Origin: an uncultured Spirochaetales bacterium | GTDB taxonomy: Bacteria > Myxococcota_A > UBA9160 > UBA6930 | Assembly (NCBI GenBank): GCA_964501435.1 | Contig: CAZCTH010000005.1 | Coordinates: 22,507-86,506 of the forward strand | Reading direction: 5' to 3' | Length of the DNA stretch: 64,000 nucleotides | Shown: positions 8,449 through 16,800 of the stretch, piece after piece | Layout: each line of letters begins with the position of its first letter | How positions within the stretch are numbered: the first letter of the stretch is position 1 | The notes under the pieces: generated by a model | What the model was told of the DNA's origin: nothing | The model's input: the letters and a program-made list of their open reading frames with translations, nothing else | Database searches by the model: none | Program-made: the position numbers and the translations under genes

Positions 8449-9771
8449 CTAGAATCCGACCGCGATCTGTGCGCGCGCGGCGTGTTCGTCGCCCGCATCG
8501 CGCAGCGAATCCCAGTCATACTCGAGCTTCGCCGCGATGGAAGGCGTCAACCAGTAATCAATGCCGAAGGCGAGCTGCCGAGGATCTCGCCGGCGTTCTT
8601 CGCCCCCTGGCGTGACCGCGAGCTCGCTTTGCTCGAGGCCCGAGAAGCGCAGCACGAGCTCCATGCGGCGGAGAACGTCGAGAGGAGCCTTCGAGAGCTT
8701 GTAGGCGGCCTGGAGGTACCAGCCGTCGCGCTCGTCATCGGGTCCGCCTGGAAACTCGCGCCGCGTCTGCAGGTACTCGCCGCGAACGTCGAGATCACCG
8801 AGCTGATAGGCGAGGTCGACGCCCCACGACGTGAACCAGCGCTCGTCCCCGGCACCCCATCGCCCGTTGAACGTCGACGCCCCGAGCTTCAGTCGCCCGA
8901 GCTCGAGGTCGAGCGGCAGCGGGTAGAGCGCGAACCGCGCGCCGAAGCCCTTGTTGCGGTTGAAGTCGGTGTTGTTGGAGACCAGGACGGCGCCGATCGC
9001 GGGATCCTCGAATCGCGGGCCGTTGGAGGCGTAAAGCGTGTAGTCGAAGGTCACCCCTTCGCGCGCACCGAGGCGCGCACCGCCGCGGAGCTGGAGCCCG
9101 ACATCGCTGAACGGCAGCAGACCGCCCTCCTCTCCTTCGAGGTACGGGAGAGGATTCGAGGCCAGCTTGTTGATCCACGCCGGATGCAGCTGCTGGATGA
9201 AGTCGCCGAACGGGAGCAAGAATTTACCCGCGACGAGCGTCGCGTAGTCGTTCAGCACGACGTCTGCCTGTGCATACTCGAGGTTGACCTCGGTCTCATC
9301 GCCTTCGAGCTCGAGCTCCGGCTCCACCTCGAAGAGCACCCGATCCGTCACGCGGAACAGGAGAATCGGCGCCACCGTCGCCTCGAATGTGCTCTCATCT
9401 TCGGCGCTCTCCCATCCGAAGCCCGCGGCACCCCAGCCCGTAACGATGAAGCGATTGTCGCCCTTGATGAGGGCGAGTCGGTCTCCGGGCGCCGCCGCGG
9501 TAGCGGATGTCGCTGGCGCTGCAGCCTGCTCGGCGTCCGCCACTTCCGGCGATTCCACGGCGGCGATGCGGTCCTCCAGCGCTTGGATCCGCGCGGCGCT
9601 CTCCTCGCGGAGGCGGGTGACTTCCTCCTTGAGCGCGGCGACTTCATCCGCGGGTTCGGCATGCAGCGGAGTCACAGAGCCTGCAACGACCAGCGGGATC
9701 GCGACGGACACCGCGCGCGCGAGCGCGCCGACGCCGCTTGTCGCTCTAGCGACAAGGGAAATCCGCTTCAT
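8449..9771 (-). CDS. outer-membrane beta-barrel porin with N-terminal coiled coil
   Basis: 440 aa starting at MKRISLVARA. It has a signal peptide, a coiled coil (EEVTRLREESAARIQALEDRIAAVE), an alternating amphipathic strand pattern and a C-terminal ...AQIAVGF (terminal Phe). The ATG overlaps the cytochrome b stop (ATGA). Confidence 0.7.
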   Translation of the reverse strand: MKRISLVARATSGVGALARAVSVAIPLVVAGSVTPLHAEPADEVAALKEEVTRLREESAARIQALEDRIAAVESPEVADAEQAAAPATSATAAAPGDRLALIKGDNRFIVTGWGAAGFGWESAEDESTFEATVAPILLFRVTDRVLFEVEPELELEGDETEVNLEYAQADVVLNDYATLVAGKFLLPFGDFIQQLHPAWINKLASNPLPYLEGEEGGLLPFSDVGLQLRGGARLGAREGVTFDYTLYASNGPRFEDPAIGAVLVSNNTDFNRNKGFGARFALYPLPLDLELGRLKLGASTFNGRWGAGDERWFTSWGVDLAYQLGDLDVRGEYLQTRREFPGGPDDERDGWYLQAAYKLSKAPLDVLRRMELVLRFSGLEQSELAVTPGGEERRRDPRQLAFGIDYWLTPSIAAKLEYDWDSLRDAGDEHAARAQIAVGF

Positions 9772-11468
9772 GGGGATACTCCTTCTTGCGTCGTGCCCGG
9801 CTGCTCCGCGGCCGGCACGGCGTGTTGTGCCGCCAGGAAGCGGCTGATGTCCTCGATCTGCTCGTGGGAGAGCGGGCCTTCCGGATCGAGGAAGCCGGGC
9901 ATGCGAGAATCCGTGAACAGGCTCTTGGGATCCTCGATGTAGCGATGGATGAAGGACCTCGACCTCGCATCCCCGATGCCTGCTAGGTCGGGGCCCTTGT
10001 CCGACTTTCCGATGTCGCCGAGTCGATGGCACTCGGTGCAGTAGCGGCGGAAGCTCCGCTTGGCCTTGTCGCTGTACGGGCCGCCGCCGCGCACTTCGTC
10101 GACGTAGGCGAGAAGAGCGGAAACCTCTTCCTGGATCGGCGCGGGAGTCGGCATCGGGGGCCCCGAGATCACCGCCGACGGCGCCGCAAAGTGGGCCTTC
10201 ATCCATTTCACGTCGCGCGTCACAGGGCCAAGCGCGAGATCCGGCCCGAGGAGGCCCCCACTCCCTCTCACGCTGTGACAGTGAACGCAGTCGAGTCGAT
10301 CGAACGCGATCCGTCCCGCTGCGACTTCCGGCGGGGCTGGGACATGCGCGCTCACGAGCGGCGAGTTCGCTCCCGCGACTGTGAGAAGGACCACCGCAAG
10401 GGTTCCGACGATTGCGACGCCGCTCGCCAGGGGTCGATCGAGGGCGTGCCGGAATCGCGAGCGGTCGATGAACGGCAGAAGGAGGAGAAGCAGAAGCCCG
10501 AGTGTCGGCAGAACGATGGCGACGATCGGCTCGAGAGGACCCGGGAAGTACTTCAACAACTCGAACAGCGAGAGGAAGTACCACTCGGGACGCGGGTTGA
10601 AGCTCGTGTCCGTCGGGTCGGCAACCTCCCCGACTTCCGCGGGGAGATGCCAGGCGAGCACGCCCAGGGCGAGCGCGACGATGGCGATCGCCATCGCGTC
10701 CTTTGCGAGCGTGTAGGGAAAGAACGATGCACCGGCGTCCTTTTCGGCTTGGTACGCCGCGAGAGCTGAGGCGCGCGCACTCTCGGGATCGCTCCCGAGC
10801 GGCGTCGGAACGTGCCGCGTCGGCGGCGCCGAGATCCCCTGCCGGACGACGAGGAACAGGTGCGTGCCCAATAGGAGAAACAGCGCCGCCGGCAGGAGCA
10901 AGACGTGAAGTGCGTAGAAGCGCGTGAGGGTTTGGGCTCCGAGCTCGTCGCCGCCTCGCAGCACGCTTGCGACGGAACCTCCGATGAGCGGAGCCTGCTC
11001 GGTGATGCGAATGCCGACTTCCGTCGCCCAATACGCCTTCGCATTCCAAGGGAGCAGATAACCCGTGAAGCTGAGCCCGAGCGCGACCACGAAGAGCCCG
11101 ACGCCGGTCACCCAGGTGAGCTCGCGTGGGAATTTGTAGGCGCCCGTGAAGAAGGTGCGCAGGAGGTGCAAAACGAGGGCGACGACGATGGCGCTCGCGC
11201 CCCAGACGTGGAGGCTGCGGATCAAGGAGCCGAAGGGTGCCTCCTCCGAGACGTAGCGAACGGACTCGAACGCGTGATCCGGCGTCGGCGCGTAGCTCGT
11301 CGCGAGCAGACTTCCCGTCACGACCTGCAGCGTGATTAGGAACAGCGCCACGCTTCCGAGCGTGTAGAGCCACCCGACGCGCGGAATCTTCCGCGCAAGA
11401 AGGGCGGCGTGGATCTCGCGGATCCCGATTCGCTCATCGAGCCAGTCGACGACGCGGCGCCCGGGCAT
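9768..11468 (-). CDS. cytochrome b / subunit IV fused to a C-terminal dihaem cytochrome c domain (bc-type complex)
   Basis: Starts at MPGRRVVDWLDERIG. It has the cytochrome b helix pattern with His pairs (SLHVWGASAIV..HLLRTF; FYALHVLLLPA..GTHLF), the PEWYF motif (NPRPEWYFLSLFELLK), then CVHCH and CTECH. Confidence 0.85.
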   Translation of the reverse strand: MPGRRVVDWLDERIGIREIHAALLARKIPRVGWLYTLGSVALFLITLQVVTGSLLATSYAPTPDHAFESVRYVSEEAPFGSLIRSLHVWGASAIVVALVLHLLRTFFTGAYKFPRELTWVTGVGLFVVALGLSFTGYLLPWNAKAYWATEVGIRITEQAPLIGGSVASVLRGGDELGAQTLTRFYALHVLLLPAALFLLLGTHLFLVVRQGISAPPTRHVPTPLGSDPESARASALAAYQAEKDAGASFFPYTLAKDAMAIAIVALALGVLAWHLPAEVGEVADPTDTSFNPRPEWYFLSLFELLKYFPGPLEPIVAIVLPTLGLLLLLLLPFIDRSRFRHALDRPLASGVAIVGTLAVVLLTVAGANSPLVSAHVPAPPEVAAGRIAFDRLDCVHCHSVRGSGGLLGPDLALGPVTRDVKWMKAHFAAPSAVISGPPMPTPAPIQEEVSALLAYVDEVRGGGPYSDKAKRSFRRYCTECHRLGDIGKSDKGPDLAGIGDARSRSFIHRYIEDPKSLFTDSRMPGFLDPEGPLSHEQIEDISRFLAAQHAVPAAEQPGTTQEGVSP

Positions 11469-11977
11469 CAGGCACTCCTGACCGGCGTCGTGCTCACGTA
11501 GAGCGAGCCCGAGTCGACCCATGTCTCGTACGTGTCGAGAGGTCGCGGCGGCGGTCCGCTTACGACGGCGCCGTCGATGCCGTAGATCCCGTTGTGGCAC
11601 GGGCAGAGAAAACTCCCGCTCTGCGCGTGCCAGTGGTACGCGCACCCGAGGTGCGTGCAACGAGGGTCGAATACGCGCACGCCCTGCGCCGTGCGCACGA
11701 CCCAGGCACTTTGACGGCCCGTCACGATTGCCCAGCCGTCGCGCTTGCGAATCGCAAAATCGACGCGCTGGGGGCGACCGAGCGGGAACGAGGCGAGCTC
11801 CCCAACGTTCACGCCCACGCGTGGGCGCTTTCGGAAGAGCGGTGCGGCGACGAATCCAACGATCGGCACCGACAGCGCGGCCGCGATCGTCGCGTTGATG
11901 GCCCAGAAGACGAGAGACAGGAAGCGGCGGCGATCTGTCTCCGGGGCCTCGCTGCTCGGCGCACTCATTTCGGGCAC
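11468..11977 (-). CDS. Rieske [2Fe-2S] subunit
   Basis: CTHLGC...CPCHNG Rieske boxes and a Tat-like DRRRFLSL N-terminus. There is a 1-nt overlap with the cytochrome b start. Confidence 0.85.
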   Translation of the reverse strand: MPEMSAPSSEAPETDRRRFLSLVFWAINATIAAALSVPIVGFVAAPLFRKRPRVGVNVGELASFPLGRPQRVDFAIRKRDGWAIVTGRQSAWVVRTAQGVRVFDPRCTHLGCAYHWHAQSGSFLCPCHNGIYGIDGAVVSGPPPRPLDTYETWVDSGSLYVSTTPVRSA

Positions 11978-12330
11978 AGGCTGCGAACGAAGAGCACGAG
12001 GTCCTGGATCTCGTCGTCTTCCATCGCGTCCGAGTACGAGGGCATGTCTGCCGAGAGCTTGGCGGCCTCACCGCCGTCTTTGATCACGCGGAAGAGCTCC
12101 GGGTCCGTGAACTTCCGCATGCGCGCGCAGTCCTTGAAGTCGCGCGGCTTGGTCTTCAGGGTTGCGGCCTCTCGCCCGTCGCCCCGCCCCTGCGCGCCAT
12201 GGCACTTCGCGCAGAGCTCTTTGTAGGTCGCGGCGCCGCGGCCCACGTCCGCGTGGGCCGAAGCCGTCACAAGTCCGATGGCGAGAACGACCGCAAGGCT
12301 TGGCCCGAGATTTCTCCGATTCCACTGCAC
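11965..12330 (-). CDS. class I monohaem cytochrome c (secreted)
   Basis: CAKCH motif plus a distal Met (SADMPSY). GTG 12330 is preceded by AGGAGG at a 7-nt spacing. The track ORF extends to TTG 12384. Confidence 0.8.
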   Translation of the reverse strand: MQWNRRNLGPSLAVVLAIGLVTASAHADVGRGAATYKELCAKCHGAQGRGDGREAATLKTKPRDFKDCARMRKFTDPELFRVIKDGGEAAKLSADMPSYSDAMEDDEIQDLVLFVRSLCPK

Positions 12331-12441
12331 GCGTGCGCCTCCTATCCTCGCTCGACTACGGACGCGCGCGGGTAGCGGTGACAAGAGATCGACTCTGGGC
12401 TGGCCGGTCGCGGGCGGGCGCCCTCGAACTACAGTTCCGGC

Positions 12442-13773
12442 ATGAGCGAATCCGGACTCTCGCTAGACGTGCTGATCAACCGCTGGAAGGGCGACCCCGG
12501 GAGCACTTATCGGACCTGGTTTCTCTGGGATCAGCGGCTGAAGAACTTCCGCGCGATTCGGGCTGGGATCGCCGCAGTCGTCGCGGAGATCGAGGCCGGG
12601 ACCTTTGGAAACGCCTACCGAGGCTCATCGCTCGAGACGGTCGTGCGGTCGGTGGCCGAGCAGCGCCAGATTTTCAAGGGCGCGGACCATGCATTCCTCT
12701 GGAAGCCGAAGCTCCGCATCCCCGACATTTACGAGGATCGGGAGAATCAGCTGGCCTTCGGTCGCTTCCTCAACACCTGCGCCTGCTGCGACCGCGAGGA
12801 GGCGGTATTGAGCGCAATCCGAAGCCTTTCTGATAGAGAAATCAAGGGACTCGGACCAGCTGTTGCGAATCTACTTTACTTCTTGCATCCGACTCTCATT
12901 CCTCCGTTCAACACGGCGATCGTGCGCGGCTTCAATGCGCTGACGGGATCGCGCGTGAAGCTCGGTTCGTGGGAGGCATTCCTCGCCATGCGCTCGGCCG
13001 TCGTGCGCCTCAACGCCGAGCACCGCGGGCTTCTGAGCAACGACCTCGGAGCGATCGGCGGACTCCTGTTCGACCTCGGGACGGGTCGTTTTGCACCACC
13101 CCCGCGCGCAGATGACGCGGCGTCGCTCGCCGCCTGGGAGGCGGAGCTCGAGCGCGAGCGCGCGACTTCGTCGTCGGCTGCGCGAACGCTCGCCGAGGTC
13201 CAGGCTGAAGACCGCTCGCACGTGGAGGTCCAAGGATGGCTCCGCGATCTCGGACATGCGCTCGGCTTCGCGGTATGGGTAGCCTCCAACGATCGAAGCC
13301 GTCCCTACGCGGGCGGGCGGCTGTGCGACGGATGCGTCGAGGTTCTCCCCGAATTGCTCGCAAGCTCGGCGGGCGCGGAGACGATCCGGCTGATCGATGT
13401 GCTCTGGTTCGAACGCGAGCCGTCTCCGCTCGCGAACGCTGTCGCCATTCCGGGCGCCGCGCGCGCGGCCACGGGTCGCGTCATCGCGGCCTTCGAGGTC
13501 GAGCACACCACGAGCATCTACTCGGGGATCGTCCGCATGCTCGACCTCGTGCTCGGTGTCCCGCGCGGCGAGAACGTGAGTCTCTTCCTCGTGGCACCGG
13601 ACGCACGTGAAGGGGAAGTCCGGGCGCAGCTCGCCCGCCCCTCCTTCGCGCGGATCGCGAGCCGAGGCGTGCGCTACCTCGCCTACGGGGATCTCGCAGA
13701 GCACAGAGCCGCGATGGCCCGCTTCGGATCGGGCCTCAAGTCCGTCGAGGCGATCGCGCGCACGCTCAGCTAA
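12442..13773 (+). CDS. orphan two-domain protein with a restriction-endonuclease-like (PD-(D/E)XK-type) C-terminal domain; function unverified
   Basis: 443 aa with high GC3. The C-terminal pattern is HVEVQGWLRDLGHALGFAVWVASND...IRLIDVLWFE...VIAAFEVEHTTSIYSGIVRMLDL (strand-D...ExE core). The N-terminal ~220 aa contain a helix-hairpin-like IKGLGPAVANLLYFLHPTLIPPFN. There is no adjacent methyltransferase. Confidence 0.5.
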   Translation: MSESGLSLDVLINRWKGDPGSTYRTWFLWDQRLKNFRAIRAGIAAVVAEIEAGTFGNAYRGSSLETVVRSVAEQRQIFKGADHAFLWKPKLRIPDIYEDRENQLAFGRFLNTCACCDREEAVLSAIRSLSDREIKGLGPAVANLLYFLHPTLIPPFNTAIVRGFNALTGSRVKLGSWEAFLAMRSAVVRLNAEHRGLLSNDLGAIGGLLFDLGTGRFAPPPRADDAASLAAWEAELERERATSSSAARTLAEVQAEDRSHVEVQGWLRDLGHALGFAVWVASNDRSRPYAGGRLCDGCVEVLPELLASSAGAETIRLIDVLWFEREPSPLANAVAIPGAARAATGRVIAAFEVEHTTSIYSGIVRMLDLVLGVPRGENVSLFLVAPDAREGEVRAQLARPSFARIASRGVRYLAYGDLAEHRAAMARFGSGLKSVEAIARTLS

Positions 13774-13855
13774 CCCGCGCGGACTCATCTGCGGCCCCCA
13801 TGTCCGGGTCACTTCTCGCGCGGTCCCCCGTATCTAGCCGGCGGGGGCCACACTT

Positions 13856-14488
13856 ATGCGCGCGCTCGGAGCGCTACTCGTCGTCGGCTACGTCGTCTCG
13901 GCGGTCCCGTGCGCTGCCGCCCCGGATCCGGACGCATCGGCTCGCGCTGCGGCGGAGGAAGCCACGATTGCGGACTGGCAAGAGCGCGCGCGCGCGCTGT
14001 TTGCGCAGGCCGAAGACGCAGCTCTCCGGCTCGAGGCCGGTCGCCGCGCCTACAAGCGGGCGCGTCAGGGAGGCGATGTCCAAGGGGGCGATCGGCTCGC
14101 CCTGATGACGGAGGTCGCGCGAGCGGAAGCCGACCTTCACGACGCGCGGGCCGGTTTCGCGCGCCTGCAAGAGGAGGCCCGGCGCGCAGACCTACCCCCG
14201 GGCTTTCTCCGCGAGCTCGAGGATGCCGCTTCCTCAGAGGACATCGCGTTCGAGCTGGCCACGGAGGCCGAGACTCCCGACCAGCACTCCACGGTGGCGC
14301 GCAATCTGCGCGCGCGAGCGGTCCGCTATCGCGCGATGGCCGAGCGGCACCGCACACTCGGCCGTAGGTACGCCGACGACGACAGGAGATCGCAGCAAGC
14401 GCACTGCGAACGGCTCGCCGACCTCGAAGAGAAGATGGCGGGACAATACGACCGCCTCGCCGAGGGCCACGAGGAGCACGCGAACTAG
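13856..14488 (+). CDS. secreted helical protein, paralogue A of an unrecognised family
   Basis: 210 aa with a signal peptide. It aligns by eye along its full length with the 15686-16363 product. Shared C-terminal module: ETPDQH..RNLRARAVRYRAMAERHRTLGRRY..HCERLADLEEKMAGQYDRLAEGHEEHA. Confidence 0.65.
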   Translation: MRALGALLVVGYVVSAVPCAAAPDPDASARAAAEEATIADWQERARALFAQAEDAALRLEAGRRAYKRARQGGDVQGGDRLALMTEVARAEADLHDARAGFARLQEEARRADLPPGFLRELEDAASSEDIAFELATEAETPDQHSTVARNLRARAVRYRAMAERHRTLGRRYADDDRRSQQAHCERLADLEEKMAGQYDRLAEGHEEHAN

Positions 14489-14513
14489 CCCCAGTCGATG
14501 GTCGTTGCGCGGC

Positions 14514-15611
14514 TCACGTCTCCGCAAAGTGGAGCGCTGGCCTTCCAGCGCAGGCAGCGGGATCGTGCTCGAAGCGATCGCGACAATTGAGTGAGCAGAA
14601 GTAGAACGTCGCCTCCTCGTGCACCGATTGCGCGCGCGCACGCTCGGGGTTGATGACCATCCCGCAAACGGGATCGAAGTGGAGACTGAGTGCGCGGTCG
14701 GCCTGCGCGCGGTGCGCTGGCGGAGACTTCATCAGCTTCTCGATCGTCGGAAGCGCTGCCTCGGTCGCGCGTCGCCCAGCCGCGACGGCTTCGCTCACGC
14801 GATGGAAGTCGCGCAGGCCGATGTCCCCTAGCTCCGGGGCGATGAGCAGCTCCGGCCCGATCATGGCCTCCGCCAGCGCCGTCTGATGGTCGAGGACGAT
14901 CTCGGCGGCTCGGGCGAGTAGTTCCAACGCGATCTTCGCGGTCGCTGGGTTCGGGACGAAGCCGCCGAGCCTCGAAAACCACGGCGTGACGCGCCAATTG
15001 AGCTGCGGCATTCGCCGATCTCGCGCTGCTCCAACCTTGACGGCGACGACGACGTCGGGATCTGCGATCGCGGCTACGTCGACTGGAATCAAGTTGAGGA
15101 GCGCGCCGTCAACGAGCCAACGCGTGCCAACTTTCACAGGCGGCAGCACGCCGGGCACTGCGCAGGTCGCCTCGACGGCGGGCCGCAAGGCGCCGGCGTG
15201 GATCACGACTTGCGTCCCCGCCTCGAGGTCGACAGCAGTCACAGCGAGAGGGGTCTTCAGTTCGGCAAAGGTCGCAGGGAGGGCATTCGCGGCAGCGCCG
15301 AAGATTGACGACCAAGAGACCAAGCCACCCGGGATGAACCAGCGCGGGAAGCGGAAGTCTTTGGCGAGGTCGGCGATCTCACGGGCATCGAGACCTGCCG
15401 CACTGAGGGCGCCGATCAACCCTCCCATACTGCTGCCGGCAAGGAAGTCCACCCGGATGCCTTCGCGCTCGAGCACGTCAAGCACTCCGACGTGGGCGAG
15501 GCCCCGGGCTCCTCCGCCGCCAAGGGCAAGCGCGAGGCGAGCGCGGGTTCGCGTCTCCGCACCTCCCTCTCGCCCAGCTCCGACGGAAATGAGTCTCGCG
15601 CGCGGCGTCAT
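14514..15611 (-). CDS. patatin-like phospholipase fused to a C-terminal YHS/TRASH metal-binding domain
   Basis: Patatin motifs LALGGGGARGLAHVGV (oxyanion Gly-rich loop) and AGSSMGGLIG (GxSxG). The C-terminus HFDPVCGMVINPE...ATFYFCSLNCRDRFEHDP is a YHS-type motif. Confidence 0.85.
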   Translation of the reverse strand: MTPRARLISVGAGREGGAETRTRARLALALGGGGARGLAHVGVLDVLEREGIRVDFLAGSSMGGLIGALSAAGLDAREIADLAKDFRFPRWFIPGGLVSWSSIFGAAANALPATFAELKTPLAVTAVDLEAGTQVVIHAGALRPAVEATCAVPGVLPPVKVGTRWLVDGALLNLIPVDVAAIADPDVVVAVKVGAARDRRMPQLNWRVTPWFSRLGGFVPNPATAKIALELLARAAEIVLDHQTALAEAMIGPELLIAPELGDIGLRDFHRVSEAVAAGRRATEAALPTIEKLMKSPPAHRAQADRALSLHFDPVCGMVINPERARAQSVHEEATFYFCSLNCRDRFEHDPAACAGRPALHFAET

Positions 15612-15685
15612 ACCTTCCTCTCGCTACGGACGAGGCGGCGCAAGGTGACTGATTCGTGCGCCGAAGGATGGCCTTCGCGCGCGAC

Positions 15686-16363
15686 CTATTGTTCGGCGTG
15701 CGCCTCGTGACCCTCGGCGAGTCGCTCGTACTGGCCGGCGAGCTCCTCCTCGATGTCGCCGAGCCGTGCGCAATGCTCGCTCAGTCGCTCGCCGTCGCGT
15801 CCCCCCATCGCCGCATAGCCCGTGGCCATGTCCCGGTGACGCCGCGCTTGGGCGCGGTGCCGAGCCGCCCGCTCGCGAAAGTTGAGGGCTGCAGCGCGAT
15901 GCTGTTCGGGCGTCTCGGCCGCGGCCGACAGCTCGACCGCGAGATCGGGGGCGCGGTAGTCCTCGAACTCGCGGAGTGCGTCCGCCACGGCGTCGCCGCG
16001 CGCTTCCTCGAACAGATCCTCGAGCTCCTCCTGCGCATCGATGACGTCGGCCTCTGCCTGCGCAGCCTCGGTCAGGACCGTGAGCTTTTCCTCCCCATGA
16101 GCGCGTCGATTGCCACGCAACCGAGAGTACGCGCGGCGACTCTCCTCGAGACGAGCGGTCGCCCGTTCGAGCCTGGATACGGTTCCGCGCGCGCGCGCGC
16201 GAAGAGTCTCGCGGAGCTCATCGTCCGAGTGACTGTCTGCCAAACCGCCGAGGGGCTGGAGAAGGACGGCACATGTTAGGGAAACTGCGCACGCGGCGCC
16301 GCTGAGCGAGACTCCATGGCGAAGTGCCGCCGGCCTCCGCACCACTCGGTGGATCGACATCAT
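15686..16363 (-). CDS. secreted helical protein, paralogue B
   Basis: Starts at MMSIHRVV, with the ATG overlapping the upstream stop (ATGA). C-terminal module: ETPEQHRAAALNFRERAARHRAQARRHRDMATGY..HCARLGDIEEELAGQYERLAEGHEAHA. Confidence 0.65.
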   Translation of the reverse strand: MMSIHRVVRRPAALRHGVSLSGAACAVSLTCAVLLQPLGGLADSHSDDELRETLRARARGTVSRLERATARLEESRRAYSRLRGNRRAHGEEKLTVLTEAAQAEADVIDAQEELEDLFEEARGDAVADALREFEDYRAPDLAVELSAAAETPEQHRAAALNFRERAARHRAQARRHRDMATGYAAMGGRDGERLSEHCARLGDIEEELAGQYERLAEGHEAHAEQ

Positions 16364-16800
16364 CGACGGCTCGGAGCGGACTGCGGCTCGACCTTTTTCA
16401 GTAGCTGACCCTCGCGCGCCCAATGCTGAATGAGGCCAGCGCTCAAGTGGTCGAGCGCGTCGAGCGCCCGCTGCTTCTGCCCAGCCTCGATCGCCTGTCG
16501 AACCGCGAGCACGTCTTTGGCGAAGTGCTCATGCGTATCGAGCAGACCGGCGACCTCAGCTCCGGTGCTGCCAGAAGCGCCGTGCGCAGCTTCGGAAGAG
16601 GCGTGCGTCGATCGGTCCGGGCAGGAGCGGCCAGCTGGTGCATGGAGGAGCTCACCCTTGCCTCCGTAGACGCACGATCCGCCGACGTCGCGGTACGGAT
16701 TTCCCTGCAGCGGCCGATCTCGCACTTGCTGGCCGAGCGCAGCGGCCGCAAGCATTAGGCCACCGGCGACGGATGCTAGGACTGCGCGCTCACGCTTCAT
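16360..16800 (-). CDS. secreted hypothetical protein
   Basis: 146 aa starting at MKRERAVLASVAGGLMLAAAALG, with a GAGGAG RBS. It overlaps the upstream gene by 11 nt. The C-terminal helical segment is LLDTHEHFAKDVLAVRQAIEAGQ...HLSAGLIQHW. Confidence 0.55.
   Translation of the reverse strand: MKRERAVLASVAGGLMLAAAALGQQVRDRPLQGNPYRDVGGSCVYGGKGELLHAPAGRSCPDRSTHASSEAAHGASGSTGAEVAGLLDTHEHFAKDVLAVRQAIEAGQKQRALDALDHLSAGLIQHWAREGQLLKKVEPQSAPSRR

Noticed and set aside
8284-9942. 552-aa plus-strand ORF
   Set aside because: It is antisense to the well-supported porin gene. Its Arg/Glu-rich low-complexity translation has no motifs, which is typical of open antisense frames in high-GC DNA.
9772-11373. 5' extension of the porin reading frame, making the 974-aa track ORF 8449-11373
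   Set aside because: It overlaps the cytochrome b gene in another frame, and the translation is Arg/Pro/Gly-rich junk. A clean ATG with a signal peptide at 9771, coupled to the cytochrome b stop, explains the real gene.
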